Positions 48,203-59,178 of a stretch of DNA of 64,000 nucleotides are shown piece by piece; the first letter of the stretch is position 1; each line of letters opens with the position of its first letter. Below the pieces are notes generated by a model that ran no database searches, was not told the origin of the DNA, and was given only the letters and a program-made list of their open reading frames with translations. The position numbers and the translations under genes were made by a program. Source of the DNA: a virus; the IMG/VR virus record IMGVR_UViG_3300049988_000034, positions 3,626 through 67,625 of that record; one strand, written 5' to 3'.

Positions 48203-48739
48203 ATGGCTGAAGACCGCAAATTCAAGTTCGAGAACGGGCAGTTCGTGAACCGCAAGTCGGGCGAGGCGATCCCGGTTGACGAACCCGTGATCCTGTTCCG
48301 CGCGCGCGACCGCCACGCATACGACGTGCTCCGCGCCTACCTCACGATGGCGTCCGACCCGCACCACCGCGAGGCGATCAAGGATATGATGGCGCTGTTC
48401 GCCGACTATCAGCAGCGGCACCCGGACCGGATGAAGGAACCCGGCATCACGCGCGACATCGACCTGTTGGCAGACGCGCAGCCGAAGACGCACCCGCTCG
48501 ACGCGGTGATCGTGGGCGACCTGCCCAATACGGTGATCGACGAGGAGGGGTTTAAGATCGCCGCGTTCCGGTTCTACCTGGATGCGGAGTCCTTCGTGAC
48601 CCGCGTCAACGCGCAGTTCCCGTGCGCGCTGTACGAGATCGAGCGGCGGGTGTCCCGCATATGGCCGGTGCCGGATAAGCCGAAGTCGCCGTGGAAGGCG
48701 TGGCTCGCCCGCGGTCACGCGCGCTTCCGGGGGCGCTGA
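48203..48739 (+). CDS. Hypothetical protein
   Basis: AGGAG SD; IP.DEPVILFRARD motif. Confidence 0.7.
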   Translation: MAEDRKFKFENGQFVNRKSGEAIPVDEPVILFRARDRHAYDVLRAYLTMASDPHHREAIKDMMALFADYQQRHPDRMKEPGITRDIDLLADAQPKTHPLDAVIVGDLPNTVIDEEGFKIAAFRFYLDAESFVTRVNAQFPCALYEIERRVSRIWPVPDKPKSPWKAWLARGHARFRGR

Positions 48740-50550
48740 TGTACCATCTCCGCAGGTTCGACGCCGACAACGGGGCGGTGCTGGAGGTGGATTGCACGAT
48801 CACCTCCGAAGGGCGCGGGTGCGGCATCTACGTTTCGGAATGCACGGCATGGCTATTCGCCGACCGGCACGACGAGCATGGGCCGGAAGTGAAGTTGTCC
48901 GACGACGAGTTCACCCGGCTCAACGAGGAAGTCGCGGATTGCGAAAAAGCAAACCAGGAATGGGCAGAGAGGGATTACTGATGGCCGGATCACTTAATCA
49001 TATCGCGGATGCCGGAGACGGCACGTTCAACATGGAGTTGATCGACAACATGGGCGACGCGCGCGAGGCGCTGGAGGAGTGCCACCAGGTAATTGCGCTC
49101 CTACTGTCAAAGTTGCCGCCGCGCACGCTGATAGAGACATGCAACGCGCTGGGGTATCCTACCCCCAAGCACGTTCCGGTGCTGGAGCCGAAGCGCTGGG
49201 GCCCCAGCGCAGGGATCACGATGGGCACTGACGTGCCGGCAACTGTCGAGGCGTTGAAGGCCAAGACGGAGGACAAACCCGTATCCGTGTCGGACATCCT
49301 CAAAGCCCTGTCGCAGGGGTTCGGGCAGGGAGGGATCAACAGCTTGACCATGGACCGGGTTAGCGGCGCCTTGCGCACCGCCTCGCGCATCATTGAAGGG
49401 GGGCGAGGCTGATGGACACGCCCGGCCGCTACCAGTTGCGCAGCACGATCGACGCAATCACGAACGCCGCATTGCCGCTGGCGACCGGCGTCGACAAAGA
49501 CCTCCATGCCGCCATCATCGAGCGCGCGCGCGTCCAGGTGGAGATCGCGGACGCCGTGGTGGCCTTGCTCGATACCAAGGCGCAGAACGGCTATACGGAT
49601 GCGTTCTACGCGGTGGCGTCTATGCTTGGCATGCCTGCCATGCCGACATCCCCGCGGAGCGCATGGGAGAATGAGATCGAGCCCCGCTTGCGCAAGCTGA
49701 TCGCCGAAGCGAAGGCGCCGCGCAGCGTGGAGGATGACCTGGCACTGTACGGCGTCGCGTACACGGTCGACGGCGAGGTGGTTCACCCCTCGCGCGTGAC
49801 GCACCACCACAAGAACTATTCGGCGGGTGTCACGGACGGCGGATATGATGGCAAGGCGGGCCGCGCGTACGTGTTCCGCACCGACGGCGGGCCGTTCCGG
49901 GCCGTGGGATGCGAGATCGTGAGTAAGCCGCGTTGACCGGGCACAAGCGGCCCATGGTCGAGCGCGCGGAGCATGCGCGCAAGGTGCTGGAGCAATGCAG
50001 CGCCGATCGCGTGGGGGCCATGCTGGCTTTTTCGGCGGAGGAGGCGAGCCTATCCGCGACCAATCAGGCGGGAGAGGTGGGGCGAGTCGCTGCCTCGTTG
50101 ACAGAAACCCAGCGCGAGGCGGTTCTTGCAGCGATGCTGTACGTCTCCGGCAAATGGCGGCTGCACTGGAAATATGCAGGTGAGGTCATGGAGGGACTGA
50201 CGACGCTTGGCGTGCTGGATGCCGATAGCTCGTACCTTAATGAGTTCGGCCTTGCCGTCCGTAATCATCTCCCCGCCCTCGCTACCCAGCCCGCAACGTC
50301 GCAGGAGGGGGAGGTGCTACGGCAGGCGTTCCTGCAAACTATGCAGGGTCTTTTCCTACTCGAAACAGCGGAAAAGCTGGCTGACAAGTTTATCGCAAGC
50401 CTCGCCGCCACCCCGACGCCTCCCACCCTATCGACAGAATTGCGCGCGGTGCTGGAGGGCGTGCTGGAGCGCTTGCCGGCACCGCTGGACGATCGGGACC
50501 AGAGCCGGTCCGCTGTCATCCATCGGTCCGTCGTGGAGGCGCTGAAGTGA
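48739..50550 (+). CDS. Run of coupled hypothetical genes (48739-48981, 48981-49412, 49412-49936, 49933-50550)
   Basis: Consecutive stop/start overlaps. Confidence 0.55.
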
Positions 50551-50951
50551 CCCTGCCACCACGCATCCGCGGCCCCCGCGGGAAGGCCGATCGCAAGGCC
50601 ATGGGGCTCGACGCCATGTACGGCGAACACACGGAGGCGCGCGAGGAGCGGGCACCCAAGGTGAAGCGCCGGAGCCCCAAGCACTGTGACTTCGTGCGCG
50701 ACCACGAATGCTGTGTGCAGGGGTGCCCTGGGCGGCCTATCGAGGTGATGCACGTCCGCAATGGGACCGACGGCGGCACGGGGCTGAAGCCATCGGATCG
50801 ATGGACCATCCCCGGCTGTCGGGCGCACCACGAGGAGCAACACCGGATCGGCGAACCCGAGTTCGAGCGCAAATACGGGCTCGACATGAAAGACCTGGCG
50901 CGCGCGCTGGTGAGGGCGTCGCCGGCCCGGCGCGTGGTAGAGGCGATGTGA
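50547..50951 (+). CDS. DUF968-like / HNH-like Zn-binding nuclease
   Basis: CC..C, HVR, G.G.KPSD.W.IPGC..HH.EQH. Confidence 0.75.
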   Translation: MTLPPRIRGPRGKADRKAMGLDAMYGEHTEAREERAPKVKRRSPKHCDFVRDHECCVQGCPGRPIEVMHVRNGTDGGTGLKPSDRWTIPGCRAHHEEQHRIGEPEFERKYGLDMKDLARALVRASPARRVVEAM

Positions 50952-51133
50952 AGCGCGAACCGCACCCGCTCGACGCCACGTACAAGATCAACACGGAGAT
51001 CGCTGGCGCGGGCGTAATCATCCAGACCAGCATCGACCTTCAAGGCCAATTCTACCAGCGCGTGATCGACACCCAAGAGGCGCAGGTGCGCGCCAAGTTG
51101 ATCGAGTTGGGGTGGACGCCTCCCGCCCCCTGA
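50948..51133 (+). CDS. Hypothetical protein
   Basis: GTGA overlap; LIELGWTPP ending. Confidence 0.55.
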   Translation: MKREPHPLDATYKINTEIAGAGVIIQTSIDLQGQFYQRVIDTQEAQVRAKLIELGWTPPAP

Positions 51134-51230
51134 ATACCGAGGTGCCCGGCTGTGACATTGCGGCAACACCCCCCGTCTGTTAGGTTCCGCCGCGATGGGC
51201 GCGGGGGCGCCCGACAGGTGGGGGCACCAA

Positions 51231-54200
51231 ATGGGTACGCAGAAGCAGATCACGCGCCAGCGTCGGCCGTTGATTATCAATCAGACGCTGGTGAAGCCAT
51301 CGGCAGTCGGGTTCGGCGGGGGTGCGTCGCTCACCGCGAGCAAGGGTGAATTTTCCACCAACGTCGCGGCCGGCGCCACTGTCGCCACGATCAACGATCC
51401 GTTCTCCGGGCTCGGGCTGGGCGCGACCAGCTATTCCACCTTCGGCAACACGCCTGCGCAGCTTGCCTTGTCCACGTCGAGCGCCGCGATCGTCGCCGGC
51501 CTGTCGGCATCGGTCGATAAGGCCGTGTACGAGATCGGCGTGCTCGCCACCTCCGGCGATGGCAAGCGCCGCGTCGGCGAAACCTTCGCCCTCACCGCCA
51601 AGAACCCGGATGTCGTAGCGCCCGTCTTGAACCTGGCGCTGTCGCCCGCGAACCCGACGATCGCCGCGAACGCCACGGCCGGATCGCTGGTATCGGTCAT
51701 CTCGAACGTGCCCGACGGCGTAACGCCAACGATCACGCCGAACGATGGCCGCCTGAAGGTCAATGGCAGTTCGCTTGCGGGCTGGACCGTCGTTGTCGGC
51801 AATTCGGCCATGTCGGCCGGCAACATCAATTTCTCGGTATCCGCAACCGGCGCGAACGGCGCGAGCGGCGTGGTGACGGTGGGCGCCGTTACGTTCTCGC
51901 TGCGCACCATGGCGGGCGGCGGCTTCCTCCCTGATGGCGTTTCGACGGTCACGGCGGGCGTGACCCGCGCTGTCGGCCGTGCGCAAATCCCGGTCTTCGC
52001 GACCACCACCGACATGAAGATCGCATTCCCGACCTTCTACATGCAGGACAGCGCGGGCGAGGTGGTGTTGACGCCACAGGCGGGGACCACGTTCGCGGCG
52101 CAGCTTGAAGACAGCAACGGAAGCGTGTTCGGCGCGATCACCTTCGACGGTGGGCAGTCGACGACCAGCACGTTCCCGGCAAGCGGCGTGTTCTGGAGCG
52201 ATGTCATCCTGCCGTCGGTCCTGGGCCGCACCACGTTCGCTGCCGGCACGACCACGCTGTTCGTCAAGATGGAATGGACGTTCCCGGCTTCGGGCACCAA
52301 CCGCATCTTCATCTCGGACGGCAGTGGCGGTTCGACCGGCACGACCGGCGAGGGCTGCGCCTATGGCGGCAACACGACCATGGGCGTCTACGGCGGCGCG
52401 CAGGCCGGCGGCGGCACCTCGCAGCCGACCCGTATCTTCCGTCCGTGGCTGGTGGTGGGCACGCATGCCGGCGTTGCCGTGGCAGGCGTTGGCGACAGCC
52501 TCACGTTCGGACAAGGCGACGCGAAGGCGGGCTCGATCGGCTCCGATGGCGCAGGTGGCGGCGCGTTCGCGCGCGCGGCCTATGCGGCGGCGGTCCCTTA
52601 CACCAAGATCGGCAAGCCGGCTGATCGCATCCAGTATTGGGCGGGCAACGGCGGCGCCAACAGCGCGAACCGTATCGAGGCGATGCGCTACCACACGCAT
52701 GCCTTTATGATGCTCGGGTTCAATGACATCGCAGGCGGCAGCAATTCGGCCGCGGCGGTGCTCACCAACCTGCGCGACGTATGGGCGCGGATGAAGGCGG
52801 TAAACCCGAACCTGAAAATCCACGAGGGCTTCATCACCTTGCGCACCTCGTCGCCTAGCGACCAGTGGGCGAGCGCAGCAGGGCAGACCCCGCAGGGCGG
52901 ATACGAGACGGGCGGCACCCGCACGGTCTTCAATAACAGCCTGGCGGCCGAGGTGGCGGCCGGCACGATCGCGGGCACCTTCGACTATGCGCCGTCCTGC
53001 TATGACCCAGCCTTCCCCGACAAGTGGCTGACTAACGGCACGGCCAACTATCCGACCACCGATGGCACGCATCCGCGCCCGACGTTCTATTCGTTTTGGG
53101 CCACGTATCTGCGCCCCATCCTCGCGGCCCTCACGGCCACGGCTCCAGCGCCGACCGAAACCTATTCGGCCACGCTGGTGAACGATACGTTCATCACCAA
53201 GCCGGCGACCATGACCAGCGCCGGCAAGGGGCCATACTGGCCATGCCTCGTCGACTATCGCAACTTCGCCGCCTTCCCGGCGGATTGGGCGACCTACTTT
53301 TCCGACGACCACGGCAGCGGGACGGAGGGTATTTGGCTATGGGTGGGCCGCGGCAGCGACGCGACCACCGCGCAGTGGCTGTCCTATGATGATGCGCTCC
53401 TGGCGGGCTGGTTCGACAGCATCGCGAGCAAGCCGACGGCGAACCCGATCATCGGCAGCGGTCAACCGCAGACCAATCCTGCCGGCTTTACAGAGATCGA
53501 GACGCCGGATGTCAATATCTACAACGGCAACGTGATCCTCACCTGCCAGACGAACAACGCGACCGGCTACCGCTACAACCAGGCAACCATCCGCACCGTA
53601 TCCACGGACGGGTTGAACTTCGTGCTGCCGGCGTCGCGCTCGACGATCCTGTTGAACAACCCGGACTTTGGCGCGGTGGGCGATGGGCACACCGGATACC
53701 TGCGCAGCGGTCCGAACCCGTATCCAGACCTTATCAATCCGGCGACGGGCGCTCCGTGGGTTTGGGTCTATTACAGCCTCGCCGCAGGCACGGACAAGAG
53801 CGGTTCGATGCAGTGGGCGTCCGACGATCCCATCGCAGGCACGGTCACGCGCCTGACGCCGCTGCGCGCCACCGCGGGCATCGTGACCGACGATCCCACC
53901 GTGCTCAACGGCAAGCGCATCGGCAATTTCCCGCCTGTCGCCGGCATGCGGAAAATCTCGAACGGGGTATATTCCGCGTTTGTCGGGGCGTCTTCGCCGT
54001 CGTCGGGTTCGGTGCAGGGCTCCAGCATCATCGCCGAAGCCTTCATGGACAGCAAAGGCCGGCTGCATAACCAAGGCAAGGTGCGCCCGATCCTGGGCGT
54101 CGGCGATGCCAACGTGCGCCCCATCGGCGCAGCCGTTGGCACGATCGTCCTGGACACCGTGAACAACAAGTGGGTGGCGACCTACCACTGGCGCGGTTCG

Positions 54201-54968
54201 GGCGACCTCAACCGCATCGGCATCATGTCCGGCCCGCTTCGCGCGCCCGTCGCGCCTACCCGGCTCACCCCGGACATCGGCGCATTGGTCGAGGAGCGTT
54301 ACGAACTCCGCAACGCGAGCGCGCGGCCCGCGGCCATCATCGTCGCCGGCTTCGGCACCCCAACGGGCAGCGGGACTATCAGCTTCAGTGCGCAGGGCAT
54401 GCAGTCGCGTGTCTATGGCGGGGCGACCGCGGACAGTGAGATCAACCTGATCTACGACGCCGGGATCGTGCCTTCGGACTTCAGTGTCGTGGACATTTAT
54501 TTCGAGGGCCTGAAGGAGGAGAACGGGAACGCCGCGCGCAAGCTGTTCGCCGGCTTCGCGACGCAAAAGAGCGTTCCACTCGCCTCGCAGACCGATGTAA
54601 TCTGCGTGTCCAACGTCGGCGCGGCCACGACCACCCTTCAGACCGGCACGTCGTCGGCCGCAACCGGCTACTCCCATGTGTTCCAGGGGGGCGTCGACAA
54701 GGCCAAGGCGTCGGTGGTTTACCCGGGCTTCGGCGTTGGCGCAGGGCTTGCGAACTTCACGCGATCGTTCGGTGTTCGCCTCTACCCCAAGTTGAACCGC
54801 ATCATGTGGCTCGACGAGGCTGGTGTTGAGATGGAGGAGTTCGATGCGCCCGTGGGTTGGGATTGGACCAAGCGCCTCTATCCGTTCATCAACTACATCA
54901 CGACCAGCACTGGAACCGTGAATAGTTACAGCCGAATGGGGGCGATCACCGTTCGCCGACTTCCCTAG
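51231..54968 (+). CDS. Large virion-type protein: Ig-like repeats, SGNH/GDSL esterase, glycoside-hydrolase-like C-terminal region
   Basis: GDSL (GVGDSLTFG), G.ND (LGFND) and DGTHP SGNH blocks; Thr/Gly/Ser-rich. Confidence 0.75.
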   Translation: MGTQKQITRQRRPLIINQTLVKPSAVGFGGGASLTASKGEFSTNVAAGATVATINDPFSGLGLGATSYSTFGNTPAQLALSTSSAAIVAGLSASVDKAVYEIGVLATSGDGKRRVGETFALTAKNPDVVAPVLNLALSPANPTIAANATAGSLVSVISNVPDGVTPTITPNDGRLKVNGSSLAGWTVVVGNSAMSAGNINFSVSATGANGASGVVTVGAVTFSLRTMAGGGFLPDGVSTVTAGVTRAVGRAQIPVFATTTDMKIAFPTFYMQDSAGEVVLTPQAGTTFAAQLEDSNGSVFGAITFDGGQSTTSTFPASGVFWSDVILPSVLGRTTFAAGTTTLFVKMEWTFPASGTNRIFISDGSGGSTGTTGEGCAYGGNTTMGVYGGAQAGGGTSQPTRIFRPWLVVGTHAGVAVAGVGDSLTFGQGDAKAGSIGSDGAGGGAFARAAYAAAVPYTKIGKPADRIQYWAGNGGANSANRIEAMRYHTHAFMMLGFNDIAGGSNSAAAVLTNLRDVWARMKAVNPNLKIHEGFITLRTSSPSDQWASAAGQTPQGGYETGGTRTVFNNSLAAEVAAGTIAGTFDYAPSCYDPAFPDKWLTNGTANYPTTDGTHPRPTFYSFWATYLRPILAALTATAPAPTETYSATLVNDTFITKPATMTSAGKGPYWPCLVDYRNFAAFPADWATYFSDDHGSGTEGIWLWVGRGSDATTAQWLSYDDALLAGWFDSIASKPTANPIIGSGQPQTNPAGFTEIETPDVNIYNGNVILTCQTNNATGYRYNQATIRTVSTDGLNFVLPASRSTILLNNPDFGAVGDGHTGYLRSGPNPYPDLINPATGAPWVWVYYSLAAGTDKSGSMQWASDDPIAGTVTRLTPLRATAGIVTDDPTVLNGKRIGNFPPVAGMRKISNGVYSAFVGASSPSSGSVQGSSIIAEAFMDSKGRLHNQGKVRPILGVGDANVRPIGAAVGTIVLDTVNNKWVATYHWRGSGDLNRIGIMSGPLRAPVAPTRLTPDIGALVEERYELRNASARPAAIIVAGFGTPTGSGTISFSAQGMQSRVYGGATADSEINLIYDAGIVPSDFSVVDIYFEGLKEENGNAARKLFAGFATQKSVPLASQTDVICVSNVGAATTTLQTGTSSAATGYSHVFQGGVDKAKASVVYPGFGVGAGLANFTRSFGVRLYPKLNRIMWLDEAGVEMEEFDAPVGWDWTKRLYPFINYITTSTGTVNSYSRMGAITVRRLP

Positions 54969-55002
54969 TTTGCGTAAAATTCAACAAGAGAAAGTATAGA
55001 CC

Positions 55003-56064
55003 ATGAGAATTACCGCACTGATTATCGCTTGCGCCGGGCTCCTTTGTAGCCCGGCGATTGCCGCATCGAGCGTCACGCCGCGGCCTGGCGCGCAGATCGG
55101 ATCGGCCGAAAGTCCGTACACCTCCGACGGCGCCTATAAGTGGTGGGACACGGCCAAGGGCGACGGCTCGGATACCGTGATGGATCACGTCACCGTGACC
55201 GCCGTACAGCGCGCCGTGAACATCGAGAAGCCGATCGACAACCTGCGCATCATCGACAGCGAGTTCATCGGCAAGGCGCCGCAGAAGAACACCCTCTACC
55301 CGGCCGGCATCTTCGCCAAGCAGGGCACCAATCTGCTCGTGGAAAACACGATCATCCGCGACTGGAAGACGATTGCGGATGACACGTATCGGCAGGGCGA
55401 TTGCTTCCTGGCGGAATGGGGCTTCGTCGGGATCACGCTGCGCAATGTCACGCTGTCGGGCTGCACCGATGGTGGCTATGATGGCAAGGCGCGCGACGTT
55501 GTGCTCGATCGGGTGGTGTCGGCCGAGAACAAGATCAACTATCGTTTCTGGTACGCGCCAGTGACCGCCACCAGCATCGTAAGCATCAACCCGACCGAGG
55601 CGCATATCCAGTTGAACACGCGCGCCGACGGTGCGTATGGGATGGGGCCTGCCAGCATCACGGCCGACAAGATCACGTTCATCTCAAAGGGCAAGCAACC
55701 GCTTTTCTGGGCGGGTCCGGGCTCGATCATCGCGCCGAAGGAATGCGCGATCGACGTTGCGCCGGGAACGCTGTTCGTTAAGTTCCGCGATGGCGGCAAG
55801 GCGTCGAATGTCACCATCTCGCTCGGGAAAAACTGCACGCGTGACGCGCAGGGCTTCGCGGTCAACACCCCGACCGAACTGCCCGGCTTCGACGTTGGCG
55901 AGAACCTGAACGACAAGGATGGCGACGGCCTCGTCGAGTTGCAGACCGCCACCACGATCGCGCGCATCAACGCCTATCTGAAGGCGAACGGCTCCACTGT
56001 CGTCGTCAAGGATGGCACGATCCTCCGCAAGGTGGGCGAGCATCGGTACGAGTTTGCGCAATAA
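55003..56064 (+). CDS. Secreted parallel beta-helix (pectate-lyase-like) protein
   Basis: Signal peptide MRITALIIACAGLLCSPAIA; QGDCF, DGGYDGK, NYRFW; Dx[DN]xDG loop DKDGDG. Confidence 0.7.
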   Translation: MRITALIIACAGLLCSPAIAASSVTPRPGAQIGSAESPYTSDGAYKWWDTAKGDGSDTVMDHVTVTAVQRAVNIEKPIDNLRIIDSEFIGKAPQKNTLYPAGIFAKQGTNLLVENTIIRDWKTIADDTYRQGDCFLAEWGFVGITLRNVTLSGCTDGGYDGKARDVVLDRVVSAENKINYRFWYAPVTATSIVSINPTEAHIQLNTRADGAYGMGPASITADKITFISKGKQPLFWAGPGSIIAPKECAIDVAPGTLFVKFRDGGKASNVTISLGKNCTRDAQGFAVNTPTELPGFDVGENLNDKDGDGLVELQTATTIARINAYLKANGSTVVVKDGTILRKVGEHRYEFAQ

Positions 56065-56131
56065 CCATCATCACTGTTGACATGATGGCAGAATGAGATA
56101 CATGGGGCGTCGCCAAGCAAGGAGACGCCCC

Positions 56132-59100
56132 ATGTACGTTATCAAGCCCTACACCGGATACGCCGCAATCGGTGGTATCAAGTTCCTCGCCAAGATGACG
56201 CTGATCTTCGGCGCCGCGATTGCCATCTGGGCCGCAGTGTTCGCCGCCTTCATCCTGTGACGACCCCCCGCAAGCCGGGGCCATACGACGACCTGATCGA
56301 GTGCCTGGAGCGCATGCGCGCCGAACTCGATAGCCCCGACGAACAGGTGTCCACCCATCGCGCGCGGCAGATCGCGCTGGCGATGCGCGCGACGATCGGC
56401 GTCCTTCAGGGTCGCTCGCCCCTCCCCATGCCCAAGCCCGTCGATAGCACGGAGCCGTTCGTGATGTCGCCGGTCAAATGGTACTCGCTGGGGCTGGCAA
56501 TCGGCCTGATGCTTGGCGCCATGGTTTCAGCACTGGTGCTGGCATGAAGCTGGGCACGGTCACAGACCGCGAGGGCCGCACGCTGGTGCCGCTCCACGAT
56601 CACGAGATGGGCGCGCTTATCCGCGTGAGCGACGGCAAGCTGGTGCCATGCGCGTTCGGCACCGGCGGGGCTGCGCTGATCGCCGCGGAGGCGCGGTGGG
56701 CGCTGCCCATCCTTGCCGAGTGGCGCGGTATCGCATTCAACGACGGGGCCGGGATATGAGTGCCCGCGCACGGTATGCCACCGTCGAGGAGGCTGTGGAG
56801 ATCGCATGGGCAACCGCTGTCTATCGCCAGCCCTTAATCCCCATCGGGGTCAAGTTGTCCGCGTACAACTTCGTGAACGATCGGATGTTCGCAATATCGC
56901 AGGGGCGGCCATGACCTACACCCTACAATATACCGCCTACGCGAAGGAGCAGGGCCGCGAGCCCGACGCGCAGTTGGCCGCCGACGTGATCGAGTGGCCG
57001 GGCGGCCGGATGACCGGGTTTATCCTGTGGTCGCGCGAGCGCGTCCAGGAGTTCGGCGCACTGCACCCCGACGCCGGGTTCTTCGTGAAAGGCCGCCTCA
57101 CCGCCGAGGGGCGTTCGGCGATGGATGTGTGGCTAGTGGAGCGCGGCGCGTGATCGTCGAAGACCTGACGGGGCCGCAGCAGCCGCGCTACGCCAATATG
57201 CCGCTGGAGGACTTGCTGGACGCCATGGCGCGCGTGAGCGCGTCGCCCTCCTTGTCGATGTCGAACCTCGACAACGCGGCGAGCCCGCATATCAAGGCGA
57301 TCGGCGGCCGGATATGGAAGATGGATGCCCGCCTGGACATCCGCGAGGGCGGCGACCTCTACCCCTACACCCTTGGCGAGCGCACGTTCCGGTATCCGAA
57401 CTATGTGACGTTCACCGGCCACGGACGGACGCACCACCAGGCCGCGGCGAACTGCATGGCGCGGATCGACCTGTACCTGGAAACCGGGTGGAACGAAATG
57501 TGGAGCGGGCACCAGGATGCGGAGCGGATCAAGCGCGAAAACAACATCCCGTGATTATCACTGTTGCAATGATAGAAACGTCCCGCTAACACGGTCGACG
57601 CCAAGCAATAGGAGATACCCCATGAACCGCCGCGATCCTGTGACAGGAATACGCCCGACCAAGGGCGCCAAGGGCATGACCGACACGCTGGAGCGTCAGC
57701 GCAAAATGGGCAAGTGGCGCGGTAAATACAAAACGACCGCGACAGCGGCGCTGGCGGTGCGCGGCACGCTTGATCCCCTGGGGACATCTATGCGCGCAGT
57801 CGCCAAGTCAAAGTGCCCGTGCTGCAACGGAACTGGCCGCGGCAAATATGAACTCACCGATGTAGGCAAGCGCCAGTTGATGAAGTTGCGCCGCACGCGG
57901 GGTGGGGCATGACCTTCGAACAGAACGTCGACCGCGACGCCGGGCTGGTGGTGATGTGCATGGCCGGCGCGCAGGTGCCGGCCGGCATCCGGTTTGGCCT
58001 CACCCCCGACGAGTTGCTGGCGCATGGCGAATGGCTCCGCGCGCAGCCCGGGGAGTACATTGATCGCGTGGTGCGCCGCGTCGAGGAGATGCAGTCGTGA
58101 CCGACACCCGCGGGAAAAAGACCTATCGCGTCGAGCCCCAGCATTCGCCGCCGTTCACCATGGAGGATACCGGGTTCAACCGCGTGGCCTGCATGGCCGG
58201 CAAGCAACTGGCAGGGAGCGAGATCACGGCCGAGGTGGTAGGTGTGGAGGGTCCGAGGGGCGTTTGCCGCTTCTACAAGCGCTCCGGCGCCGTGATGTAC
58301 CCTATCAGCGAGCGAGCCGCGGCGCTGGCCATATCCATGCCGGGTGTCGCATGATCGTGCCCCTGTCCGAGATCACCGACATGCGCCTGTGGAGTGCTGG
58401 CATAGTGTCCCTGTCAGACCTGGCGAGCAACGGCCCCGTCATGGGCGGCCCGGTGTCGCGCTGGTGCTACGACGACGCGCACGAGTTCGAGCGCGCGATC
58501 GAGGAGGATGGCGAGCGCTGGCGCGTGTGTGCGCGGTGCAACTATGTCGAGGAGCATCCTTACGTGGTGGTCAACGGCGTCGAGGTGTCGCGCCATCCGC
58601 AGGGCGAACCGCGCGAGCCGATGCCGATCGCATGGAAGGCGGCCCGCATGCTTGCGCTGGAGGCGCCGCGATGATCGCCACGCCGACCGACGCCGACATC
58701 CTGGAGGCATTCAGGACGCAGGCGCCAATCGTGATCGGCGCGCGCGGGCGCGTCATCATCACCTATGCGAAATACGAGTTCTACCGCGGCCGGCAGCGCC
58801 TGGACTTCAGGTGCTCGCCGGCCCCTATTACCGAAGGGGAAACCAATGGCCAGTGAAGCAACGGGCGGCCTGAATAACTACTATCTGGTGCGCGTGGAAT
58901 ATCCGCAGCGACCAGACCAGCAGCCATATACTGCCGAGTTCGAGGACATCGCCGAAGCGCTCCAGTTCACGCCCGACGAGTTCAATGCGGCGAAGGCCAT
59001 CTGGCGCTCCGCCGCGGCCCGGCTCGACAACGTGAAGCCCGGCCACAAGGCACTCTACGACGCCGAAAAGGTGGTGCATTCGGGGAGCCGGATGGTTCGC

Positions 59101-59178
59101 CGCCTGCGCCGCGCAGCAGAAAAGGAAGGGCGGGGCGCCATGAACCGCCCGATGCAAGAGGATGACCGCCGACCATGA
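56132..59178 (+). CDS. Cluster of short hypothetical genes (56132-56260, 56257-56547, 56544-56759, 56756-56914, 56911-57153, 57150-57554, 57622-57912, 57909-58100, 58097-58354, 58351-58674, 58671-58856, 58846-59178)
   Basis: Chains of ATGA/GTGA overlaps, each chain headed by a promoter plus GCCAAGCA-SD leader (56112, 57600). Confidence 0.6.
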
